Source of the DNA: Monocercomonoides exilis PA203
Lineage: Eukaryota; Protista; Preaxostyla
Length of the DNA: 64,000 nt
Assembly: GCA_001643675.2 (NCBI GenBank)
Contig: LSRY02000059.1
Span: 372,001 to 436,000 of the forward strand
Reading direction: 5' to 3'
Position numbers and translations under genes: made by a program
Notes under the pieces: generated by a model
What the model was told of the DNA's origin: nothing
Seen by the model: the letters and a program-made list of their open reading frames with translations, nothing else
Database searches by the model: none
Part shown: in pieces, positions 28,563 through 39,194 of the stretch
Position numbering within the stretch: the stretch's first letter is position 1
Layout of the letters: each line of letters starts with the position of its first letter

Positions 28563-29242
28563 TATTTTCTTGAGAAAAGTAAATCAAATGCTTCCACGAA
28601 AGAAGAACCCAGGATTACATGAAAAAAGGTGTTTGTCTCTTATGTAATCTGTTTTTTGAAATAGAAAAAAAACAAAATAATTACCAGACAATTCTTTTCA
28701 AAAAATAAATTTTAAATCGATATCACTTTGTTATATTTTAATTATTTTCATTCAATCACCTTGTTTTGATGTAAATTGGTTAAATGCTTTGAAAAGAAAT
28801 TCTTGTTTTATTTTGTTTAAAGACATGCAAGATAAAAATTGAGTTTAAATATGTTTTCAAAGAAAAAGAAGAAACTGCAACATTTTCGCAAGCAAAAAAA
28901 ATTGATATAAAAACTCATTCGAGATTCCTGCATGCTTTTGTTTTATGTTTACTATTTTTCATATTCTTTAACTCTGAAGTTTTTAGAAATACAAGAAAGT
29001 TGATGTTATTTGAACAGTTGCAGATTTGGAATCAGGGTGTTGGTTATGCACTGATGGTAATTACCTGTTCGTCCAAGCAACCAACTTTTGCATATTGTCG
29101 GAAATGAATGTTCGCTGTTCTTCTATTCTTGTCAGAAAGTTTATCATAATGTATCAATATTGTAGTTCTAATGACATTACACACATTATCTATTCCATTG
29201 TTATAGTTCATCCGTCCCTATTCATGAGAGTATTTCCAGAAT

Positions 29243-31285
29243 TTATCTCTTCCGATGTTTATTTTTCTCCTTCACAAATCTATTTTTATTCATTGCCATA
29301 TCACTCAAATAATCGAGATTAAGATCATGTTTCATCCATTCTGGAGGATCTGTTTTCATTTGTTTAATCCAGAGCAAGGCCATTGTCAATCCCATTTTGT
29401 TTGCCAGAGTATTTTTATGTCTCATCCATTCTGGTGGCTCTGTCTTCACTTTATTAATCCATATCATGGCCATAGTTTCTCCATCGACATCAGCCAGAGT
29501 ATTTTCATGTCTCATCCACTCTGGGGGCTCTGTCTTCACATGATTAATCCAAAACATTGCCATTGTTTGTCCAAATTTATCACCAATTGTGAGATTGTGT
29601 CTCATCCATTCAGCTGGTTCGGTTTTGACCTCCGAGATCCACCATAAGGCCATCGTCCATCTGCTTTTATCTGCAAATGAATGGTCATGTCTCATCCACT
29701 CTGGTGGCTCTGTCTTCACATTTACAATCCATATCATAGCCATTGTTAATCCCTCAATATTGCCCAGAGTATTTTCATGCCTCATCCATTCAGGTGGTTC
29801 AGTGCCGATATTATATATCCAGAGCATAGCTAAAGTTGCTCCATTTTTATTGCCAAGCGCGGAATCATGTCTCATCCATTCTGGTGGTTCTGTCTTTACT
29901 TTTTTAATCCAGAGCATAGCCATTGTCCAGCATTCATCATTAGAAAGAGTAGTGTCATGCCTCATCCACTCTGGTGGTTCTGTTTGAATTAATTGGATCC
30001 AATACATAGCCATTGTATTTCCATCTTTATCACCAATTGTGGGATCATGCCTCATCCACTTTGGCGGTTCGGTTTTGATATTTGCAATCCAGCGGATGGC
30101 CATAGTCCATCCGTTCTTATCTGCAAATGCACAGTCATGTCTCATCCATTCTGGTGGTTCTAAATTGATATTTGCAATCCACTTCATGGACATTGTCAAA
30201 CCATTCTTGTCTTTAAGTGTTATGTTATGTCTCATCCACTCCGGTGGTTCTGTTTGAGCAAATTGAATCCAATACATTGCCATTGTAATTCCATTATTGT
30301 TCCAAAGTGCAATGTCGTGTCTCATCCACCTTGGAGGCTCTGTTTGAACAAATTGGATCCAATACATAGACATAGTATTTCCATCATTATCTCTAATTGT
30401 GGGATCGTGTCTCATCCATTCTGGTGGTTCTGTCTTGACATCACAAATCCAATGCATGGCCATCGTCCAGCCATAATTGTTGGTAAGTGTGATGTTGTGC
30501 CTCATCCACTCTGGTGGTTCGGTCTTCATAATTTTAATCCATATCATGGCCATTGTTTCTCCATCTATATCAGTTAGTGAATTCTCATGCCTCATCCACT
30601 CCGGTGGCTCTGTCTTCACATGATTAATCCACAATTTTGCCATTGTTTCTCCATCCTCTTCGATAAGGGTAATGTCGTGTCGCATCCATTCTGGTGGTTC
30701 TGTTTTAACACACAGAATCCAATACATAGCCATTGTCCACTTATATCTATTGCTAAGTGTAATGTCGTGTCTCATCCACTCTGGTGGCTCTGTCTTCACA
30801 TTTACAATCCATATCATAGCCATTGTTAATCCATCACTGTTGCCAAGAATAATGTCATGTCTCATCCACTCTGGTGGTTCGGTCTTCATATTTTTAATCC
30901 ACTTCATGGCCATTGTCCATCCCTCTTTACTGGTCAGGGTATTTTCATGTCTCATCCATTCTGGTGGTTCTGTTTGAATAAAGTGAATCCAGAGCATGGC
31001 CATTGTTATGCATCTTTTATCACAAACAGATTTGCTATGTCGCATCCACTCTGGTGGCTCTGTCTTTATATGCTTAATCCAATGCATAGCTAATGTTGCT
31101 CCGTTATTATCAGCAAGTATTGCACTGTGCCTCATCCGTTCGGGCGGCTCGCTTTTTCTCTTTATAATCCAAATCATGGCTTTTGTTTTTCCATCCTTAT
31201 TCATTATTGATGGATCCTGTTTTCCTTTTTGTCTTTCGATTTTACTTTCTGTTTTACAGCTCGTTGTATCCATTTCCCTGCTCAT
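29243..31285 (-). CDS. Intronless 680-aa tandem-repeat protein (21 x 30-aa ankyrin-like EPPEWMRH repeats)
   Basis: Consensus D/N-x-x-G-x-TMAM-x-WI-x-x-V/I-KTEPPEWMRH-x-x-x-L. The DxxGxT start resembles the ankyrin hairpin and helix 1. Confidence 0.85.
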   Translation of the reverse strand: MSREMDTTSCKTESKIERQKGKQDPSIMNKDGKTKAMIWIIKRKSEPPERMRHSAILADNNGATLAMHWIKHIKTEPPEWMRHSKSVCDKRCITMAMLWIHFIQTEPPEWMRHENTLTSKEGWTMAMKWIKNMKTEPPEWMRHDIILGNSDGLTMAMIWIVNVKTEPPEWMRHDITLSNRYKWTMAMYWILCVKTEPPEWMRHDITLIEEDGETMAKLWINHVKTEPPEWMRHENSLTDIDGETMAMIWIKIMKTEPPEWMRHNITLTNNYGWTMAMHWICDVKTEPPEWMRHDPTIRDNDGNTMSMYWIQFVQTEPPRWMRHDIALWNNNGITMAMYWIQFAQTEPPEWMRHNITLKDKNGLTMSMKWIANINLEPPEWMRHDCAFADKNGWTMAIRWIANIKTEPPKWMRHDPTIGDKDGNTMAMYWIQLIQTEPPEWMRHDTTLSNDECWTMAMLWIKKVKTEPPEWMRHDSALGNKNGATLAMLWIYNIGTEPPEWMRHENTLGNIEGLTMAMIWIVNVKTEPPEWMRHDHSFADKSRWTMALWWISEVKTEPAEWMRHNLTIGDKFGQTMAMFWINHVKTEPPEWMRHENTLADVDGETMAMIWINKVKTEPPEWMRHKNTLANKMGLTMALLWIKQMKTDPPEWMKHDLNLDYLSDMAMNKNRFVKEKNKHRKR
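29328..31210. repeat. 90-bp coding tandem repeat array, 21 units, no indels seen
   Basis: ctcatcca(t/c)tctggtgg(t/c)tc recurs every 90 nt (e.g. 29421, 29511, 29691, 29871, 30411, 30771, 30951). Confidence 0.95.
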
Positions 31286-31432
31286 TCTTCTGTATCTATT
31301 GAGAAATATATTATTTATTTGTTCAATTTTCTATATCTAAATTATATTTTTGATCAAACTTGAGAAAATTAGGGACGAACTTTTTTGCTTTCGGATTTAA
31401 GTTCCAGTCACAATTTTCTCATGTTTTTTTTA

Positions 31433-33426
31433 GCCCTGGGTGACGTGGTGACTTCTGACGTAACTTATTCGATTTTTGACGGACGTGACAGATTTTCCCA
31501 CGTCAAAAGGAAAAAAAAAAAAAAAAAAAAAAATTCCATTATTCAATTTTGACTGACGTGAAAGCGGTAATCGGATTTTTCATGCGTCATTGACTTCACT
31601 GACGTCAGTGAAGTCACTTCTCATCAATAATTCGAAAAAGCAAAAAATGAAGGAGAAGTGCAAAATGTGCAAGCCATATTTCTAAATTTCTAACATTTCA
31701 TTTTTCAAAGAATAGCAACCATAACATTTCATTTTTATTTTTAATTTTCTCTAATTTTTATGAAAAAAGCTATATCAAAATCTTCAAAGGATTTGAAGAA
31801 AGCTCATTGAAAGTGTAGTACGTTTGAATTAGTTTGGAGAAGTTTGTTCGAAAGTTTTTTAAAGAATTATTAATTGTTTTGTTTTCTCATTTTGCTTATT
31901 GCTATATGTGAAATGACTGTCATAATTGGAAAAAAGCAAATCACAATTACCACAAAAATCATTATTTTTTGTTATATGAATCATTCTTGGTTTTCAGCAA
32001 CACTATAAAAAAAATCTTTTTGAAAAATGTCTAATCACAAGAATCACTTTTGAATAAAGGAAAGGAAATTAGGATTTTTGATGATGAACAAAGCAGATCC
32101 AATTTCTTTATTTGAATGAATAGAAATAACAGTTTGGAAAAGAATAAGACCTGTTGAGATATTAAATAAGAGATGCTTGAATATGATAAAAATCTTTTCA
32201 ATGAAGATTGAAGAAACAATTCATTTGAAAAAGATGTCTGAATGATTCAAGAATTAAATGAGAAAGTCATTTCAGCAAATTATTCATTTTCACTTTGTTT
32301 TGCTATTTCAGTTTCATTTCGTTTTAATGATATCATTAAAAACAAATACAATTAAAAAGTGCAAAATGAATGCTTTCAATTTTGTAAAATGATTAAAAAT
32401 TGTTAGAGTTTCAAAATGAAAAATTATTCCATTTCTGAACAGGCTCAAAAATTATGAAAAAATATAAAACGATCAATCGTCATCTTCTATTTTTTTTTCT
32501 GAAAATAATTAAGAATTTTATTGAGAATAAAAAATTGCACCTTCATATTCTTCTTTCATCTTTTCAGGCAATTCTTTTCTTCATTGCCTCTTTCTTCGCG
32601 TCTTCCATTTGATCTTTCTCTTCTCTTCTCGGTCTTTCTCTCTCATCCAATTCACACTTTTCGCAAGCTCTTCAAGCTCTTCTGCAACCTCTTTCGCAAA
32701 ATACATCTCGATCACAAAAATTTCTTCAAAATTTTCATCGCTGAATGATCGATTTATCAAAAACTCCAAAGACGATTGTTTTTCTATACAGGTCAGGTTG
32801 TGATGTTTGCAATAATGTTTGATTTTCTCTTCGAAATCATTCGGATTCAGAATTATTTCAAGTTCCTAATTTAAAAATAAGAAAAAGATCAATAATATCA
32901 AAAAAGAAACATCAACGCTCAAAGGTGAAATGCATTCACGTTGCTCAATGCCAATAAAGCTATTTCCACCTCTTTTTGTGTTTCTTTGCTCTTCCACATT
33001 GCAAATTTCAAGCTATTAAAAAAACTCAAAATAAAAACAAAGTTTTAATCGCAACAATCAAAAATTCAATTACAACAACAATTGCACACTTTCATTTTTT
33101 TCGGTAATGCTTTTTTAAATTATTTTATGAGACACATTGGGTCCACAAAGCAAACTGTTTTTCATATTACGCGAAAACAAAGCAAAATCTTGCAAAGAAG
33201 AAATCGATGATTAAAAATATGATAAACAGCTCAGAAAAATATAAGAACTCATTTCATTCTCCTAAGCATCTGTACAAGTATCACAAAACACAATAGCGCA
33301 GTTGGTTTTATTATCTATTTATGCAATAATGGTATTTTTGATTTCAAAAATTACTGCAAAGAAAATGTTTATATTTTAATGTTTCACATTCATTTTGATA
33401 TTATTATATTTTATTGAAACAAAAAG

Positions 33427-33463
<37 letters not shown>

Positions 33464-33520
33464 CGAAGTGGAAAATTGGTGACGGACGTGACGAATTTTT
33501 TTCTTCACGTCACCCAGGGC
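31433..33520. mobile_element. Non-autonomous DNA transposon, 2088 bp, 15-bp perfect TIRs, TA on both flanks
   Basis: GCCCTGGGTGACGTG (31433-31447) pairs with CACGTCACCCAGGGC (33506-33520). TA at 31431-32 and 33521-22. Subterminal TGACG repeats, poly-A 31511-31533 mirrored by poly-T 33430-33463. No transposase ORF. Confidence 0.85.
32560..33000 (-). pseudogene. Fragment of a helical-repeat hypothetical protein family inside the TIR element
   Basis: Interrupted translation KETQKEVEIALLALSNV...CKHHNLT...EFLINRSFSDENFEEIFVIEMYFAKEVAEELEELAKSVNW. It resembles, from memory and not from a search, a large expanded oxymonad protein family. Confidence 0.55.
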
Positions 33521-33522
33521 TA

Positions 33523-36500
33523 ATTTTATTTCAAATTTTAAAAAAAAAATAATTTTTCAAAAAATATCAAAACTTCAATAAACAGTTCAAAATACAAGTT
33601 CAATCTTTAATATAACATTACCACAATGATAATCTTTATTTTATTAATCAATATCTTTTTTTAAAAATTAAATTAATAATTTTATTGAAAAAAAATAGAA
33701 TAAGTGAAGTCGAATCGACAAATAACAAATGAAATCAATCAAATTCCTCAGTTTCAGAAACAAATTCACTAATTGTCCTTTCCAGAAGTCTTTTCTCTCT
33801 CTAATGCTTCGATTTCAGTCCTTTTTTAAAAAAAAATGAGGTTATTGTTTATTTTCAAATTCAATCAACTTTATTAGAAATAAATATCTCCAGCATCCTC
33901 CCAATCACTTCATCATCCACAGTTTCCATATGGATCCACTCTACCAATTCTATGTTCATCCTGCATTACGAGATATCCCCTTTCATTCATTTTCATTCAT
34001 TTCCACCTCCTGCCCTGAAAGGAACACAAAAAATAGCAACAGGCAAAAATTCATTAATAGGAAAATTAATTAATACCAAACCGCCCTTCGACTGTTTTTT
34101 GCCAAACAGCTTCATTTCCACAGCCATCACATTCAAAAAATAAATCAATCTCTTTATTTCAGTCTCAGAATGGCTGAATACAACAAGGAAAGAATCTTTT
34201 ACAAAACACATTGTGTATCTCATTGAAGGGTCTTCTCAGCCCGTACACATTGTGGTGGATGTGCAGTCGTATTTTTTTCTGTTTTTGTCATGATCATCTC
34301 CTTTAATAATATTCTCAATCACCCAAAGAAGTATTTGAGGTTTATCTCATCAACACCAGGTACAGGAGGGATATGGGGCATACAAGTGATGGAAGAATAT
34401 TTTTTGTGGCAGGGGGTGGGAGTTGAGTATTTTATGGAATGTTAACCTTTCAAGAGGGATTTTTGAATAAACAAAATTTGGAGACAGAGGGACGGGGAAG
34501 AGCAAGTGGAGATTTTGAGAAGATAATATAGTAAATATGTAGAGAAGTGGCTGAGGATGGTGAGGAAGATATTTGAGACAAATTGGAGAAATGGAATTTG
34601 AAAAAAATGAAAAGAGGGCAAAGGCGGGAAAGAAGAAGAATATTCCGAAATATTCATATTAAAAGTGGGTAACTTTTATGAAAGGATAAGATTTTATGGA
34701 ATAAAATGGGAAAGTGAAGAAAAGGATGGGTTTGATATTTTCTGATGATTTTGTGAGCTGAATAAAAGAGGGGAATGGAAAAGAAAAGGAAATTGAGAGA
34801 TATTTTCATTTTCTATTTTTGAAGGGAAAGGAGAAGAAATTGCAAAAGAAAATTAATTTATTTGAAGAAATACTGCCACATTAATTTGCATCAGTCTCTT
34901 TTGCGCAATATAACCGATAGCGAATTTCTTCTTTAACAGAAATCAACTTATCGAATAAAAAATATTTAGTCCAATCACGACTTCGTGCAAATTATTTTCA
35001 ACTTCTTGAATTTTGTTAGACTGATTTCACATTTTTCAATTGCTTCTTCTTTGGCTTCTTTCACATTCATCTTTGTTGATCCTCTTACTTCCTGCTGGGT
35101 CATAGAATCGAACCAATTGTAGATTATCTTGTCTTTCTTCTGCGGATCATGAAAGTTATTGGAATATGAGAGTCTGTTTCGATGACATTCACGAATCATT
35201 TTTTGGAGAGCCATTCGGATTACAACATTCGTTTTCTGCATAATCAAATAGCGTTATTGCGTTCGTGAAAAGATAAATTTTATTATCAAAAATGTTAAAG
35301 TACATCCATTTTGAATATTATTTTGTGTTTGTGTGTGCGCTTGCTGTGTGTACTGTTGTGTCCAGGTGAATTTGAAAGCATGTGCTCCTTCGTTTTGTTC
35401 TGAATTGGAAGGACGCTTCAAACTATTTCTTGGGACTAACGACAATTACCTCATGGATAGAGAAAACTTGGAATGGTTTGCATTTTTGTCATTTTATGTA
35501 AACTGATATTTTTGTCAACTCGTTTGTTATTTCTGTTGCTATTTTCTGTATTTTTGCGGTGCTTGGCAAACAACATGCTTTTCACTTCAACAACACAGGC
35601 TTCAATCATTTGTTGGGCGTGTACTATCTGGCTTCTTCAGCCTTGCAGGTGCTCGGCATGCTGTGACATCAGCCTCTTTGCAACCGATCGGATCAGAGGC
35701 ACCAGCGATCCCCATTGCAGAGCGAGAGAGGCGGTTTATTGAGTCGCTTGGGAAGCAGCAGGAAACACATACAGCCAACGATCCCCGCTTTCCAGCACAA
35801 ATTCCTGCGGAGTTACCATTCCCTTATGCAACATGCCCTCCTCCTTTACCATCCGCACAGCCTCGCTCTGATTGCATAGGCAGCTCATTGGCTGGGCAAG
35901 ACAAGACAGACACTTCTCTTTCAGCTTCCTGAGATGGAATATCTGACTCTGTTCATATCCTGCAGATTCCTTAATCTTCTAACAGATCGTCTTGTTCCTC
36001 TCACTCTTCTTCTTCTTCTCTTCTTCTTCTTCACTTCTTCTTTTTCTTCTTCTCTTCTTCTTCTTCTTCTTCTTCTTTTTTCTCCTCCTCCTCCTCTTCC
36101 TCCCCAACCCTGCCATTCATCAAGCACAGCTTAGGGGGTTCGTTCAAAGTGAAGCTGCACGACGTGATTGAGCTGTGTGCCAGTGTTATTTGTAGCGCTT
36201 TTCTGTCGATGGACGTTCAACCTTCGCTGCGCTGTGCGTTTCCTGTTGTACAGTTAATGGTCTGCGGCTTCGACGACATCCGCAGGCTGAGGGGACTAAA
36301 CGCAATGACCCACATGGTGAACTAGAATTGTATGGAAATTTTGAGTTTTTCTGTTAAATAAAATATATTTCATTTATTGTTTCATTTATTTTTTTTTAAT
36401 CTGTATTTTACTTTTCAAATATTTATCTTAATCTAAATTTTTTTGTTCACTCTCAAATGATGAATAGTTATGATTGTGGACTAATGGCAATGATTTTACA

Positions 36501-38956
36501 ATTGTCTTGCAAAGCAATAAAGATCATTTGCGAATGATGCTGTTGCAAAGCAATTGATCAGATTCATGAGGTTTGTCAGAAAATATTTGTTGAGATTTTG
36601 TTCACAAGTTTTTCTTTCTTTTTTCTTTTTGATCAAATTCTTTTTCTTCTTCATTTTTACACCCACTTTTTCACTCATTCGTTATCATTATTCACAAATA
36701 CACATATATATTCACATCCAGTTTCCGTTGGTACCCTCTTGTCTCTTCTTCTCTTCGTGTAACCCACAAATTCATCATAAATGGTGCTGAGTTCCATTCT
36801 GTGTTTCTGCACCACTGCATTCTCCAGCCCATCCACCGCCAGCTGCACTCGCCGCGCGCTGAATACAGCGGCAAGGCCTCCTCCATCCTTCTCTCGCTGA
36901 CCAGCAAGTCGTTCAAGCTGTTTGCCAGCTCGCTCGACAAGGCGCTGTTTAAAAAGCTAGTCGAGCTGATGTACTCACCACAGGCGATTGTGCGGAACAA
37001 CGCGTCGAAATCATCGAGGCGCTTGCAGAAGGAAAAGGGCTGGATGAAGAAGGAGATGGTGAAGGAAAATGAGATGGAGGATATGGTGGAAGGCCACGGA
37101 GGGGATATAAGGGAAGGGTGATGCATGGGGATGCGAAGGAGAAGAGAAACGAGAAGGATAAAGAAGCGAACAACGAGCCAACAGTTACGAAGGAAGAGCT
37201 GCTGAGTCGTTTGCTGAGCTGGGGCGTTGTGTTGAATCTTGTTTGCGTCCTGGCGTTGCCAACGGCAATTGCCATAGCGAAAATAGGAGCTGCTGGTGCT
37301 TTGCTTAATCTGTATGCACCTGTTGGGAAAAAGAGGAACAAGAGAAGATACGGAGGAGGAGGAGGATGAAGAGGATGAAGAAAAGGAGAGTGTAGCGAAA
37401 GAGAAGAAGAAGAAGAATAATAATAATGGTTATATTCAGCTTCTCCTCGCACACAAGGTCATTCTCTTACTTTGTCTCGACTGCGTTCTTTCTTGTACTC
37501 ATATTTGCTGCAGATTCCATTGATTGCCTCAGTGCTAATTCTATGCCATACCGATCCCACCATCTTATGCTCCACTTTCTGCCTGAAGAACTTACGTTGC
37601 TTCTCCACTTCAGCAGAAGGCAGTGCAAAACAGCCACAGCGGAACATAGTCCAGCGAGCACAGCAGAGCAGCCATATCTGAGTCACTGAGTGCGCTCCTC
37701 AACAACAAGAATAATTTTCTTCTTTCAGAATCGTATTTGAAAGAGGGTTAAATCAATTCCTAAGCCATTTGCTCCTTCTCCATCATTCCCTTCCTGTTCT
37801 TCTTCTCACAAGCCGCAACTCATTCCACAATCTTAACTCTTGTTCATATACAGCGCTCACAGAACAACAAATTAAACAGAACTTATTGGCTTCTCAGAAA
37901 GCTTCGATGAAGAGCTGCCAAAATACTCTGAGAGCAAACATTGGAAAGATCAAGTAAAATTGAAGAGAAAGGGAAAAGAATTCAGAACGTGTCAAACTCC
38001 ACAAGGGAGGGAAGAACTGGGCATGCCATTGTTTAATTGCTGCTGATGCTGAGATCAGAAGAGAGAAAAGGGGACAGATTTAAAGAAAAGCTGAAGAAAA
38101 ACAGTTTTGTCCCTCTAAATGGGTAGCTCGTGGAGAAAAGATACAGTTGCAATTGGGGGAGATGAGAGAGATGATGGAGGGAGAGTGAAATGAAGAGGAA
38201 GCAAAAACAAAACAAAAGGTTGATCAAGAGAAAGAGGAAGATGATGATGAAAGAGGGAAAGAAATAACATAAACAAAAAACGAATGATGGTTTTAGCGAA
38301 TTCAATGTTGATTTCTACACATGAACTGCAAGAGTAGGTATTTTGGAAGGACACTCAACGAACAAAAGGAGAGTTTTTAAATGAAAAATGGAAATGAAAG
38401 GAAACGATATAGTCTTTTGAGAAGGAAATTTTAACTGCATTTGCAAATTGATTTAAAGAGAATTTTCGATGTTAAATCAATAGTTATTATTAACTGCAGT
38501 TTCCTGAATAACACAAACTCTGTTTGCTGATTCTGTTGAACTACACAGCTGAAACGGAGATTTGACAAAACAGTTTTTGCTGAAGAACTGGAAGAAAACA
38601 AACCTTTATCATCCTTCATAAATCATGAGTTTTTGTCTTCATTACAATATTTTCCAATCTTTATTTAAAGCGTTCTTTCAGTATTTGTATTGTTAAGCAT
38701 GTTATCAAACTTTTAATTTTCTTTTAATAAATTGAAAAATCAATTTTTTTTGAAACTTGATCAAAAAATGCTTTTTAACTTAAACATATAAAAGGTGTAT
38801 GCTTTTTTTCATATTAACAAATAGATCAAATTTTTATTACAGAAATAAAAGCCAAATACTAATGAATAACCAATTGAACTCTTTGATCAATAAATACCAC
38901 AATATATATTATTTTTTGATTTTTGATCTTTTTTTATGATAACAAAAAAATCACCC
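33523..38956 (+). mobile_element. Composite repeat element copy 1 (end A ~33523-35060, unique interior, end B ~38360-38956)
   Basis: End A is the diverged reverse complement of ~49190-50752 (ORF 34442-34657 is near-identical to ORF 49595-49810). End B is the reverse complement of ~46576-47140. It terminates in AAAAAAATCACCC|AT. Confidence 0.6.
36484..38330 (+). pseudogene. Degenerate host-type gene fragment(s) with an intron and in-frame stops/frameshifts
   Basis: GT..AG intron 36571-36721, coding-like GC-rich tract (FLHHCILQPIHRQLHSPRAEYSGKASSILLSL...) broken into short ORFs. Confidence 0.55.
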
Positions 38957-39194
38957 ATATCAAAAAAGCATTTCTGCAAATTGCAAATCAATAAAAAAAT
39001 TGAAATTTGAAATGGGATTTCGACGAAGAAAAAGGTTTGAAATTTTGTGTTTGATACTCTATTTTTGCTTATTTTTTGCAACTTATGAAAGATAATATTT
39101 ATTATTTCGAATGCTTTTTCTCTTTTCCTATTCGAAATTCTTTCACTATTATCCAACTGAATCCTGAGTAGAATTTTGCTGTTTACCGTTTCCA

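Noticed and set aside
29328-31210. Conserved repeat with variable intervening sequence resembling a CRISPR array
   Set aside because: The period is exactly 90 nt, the array is one open frame, the 'spacers' are homologous to each other, there are no cas genes, and the context is eukaryotic.
34220-34330. Possible tyrosine-recombinase motif (SPYTL...) in end A
   Set aside because: No H-x-x-R or catalytic Tyr pattern is recoverable in either copy.
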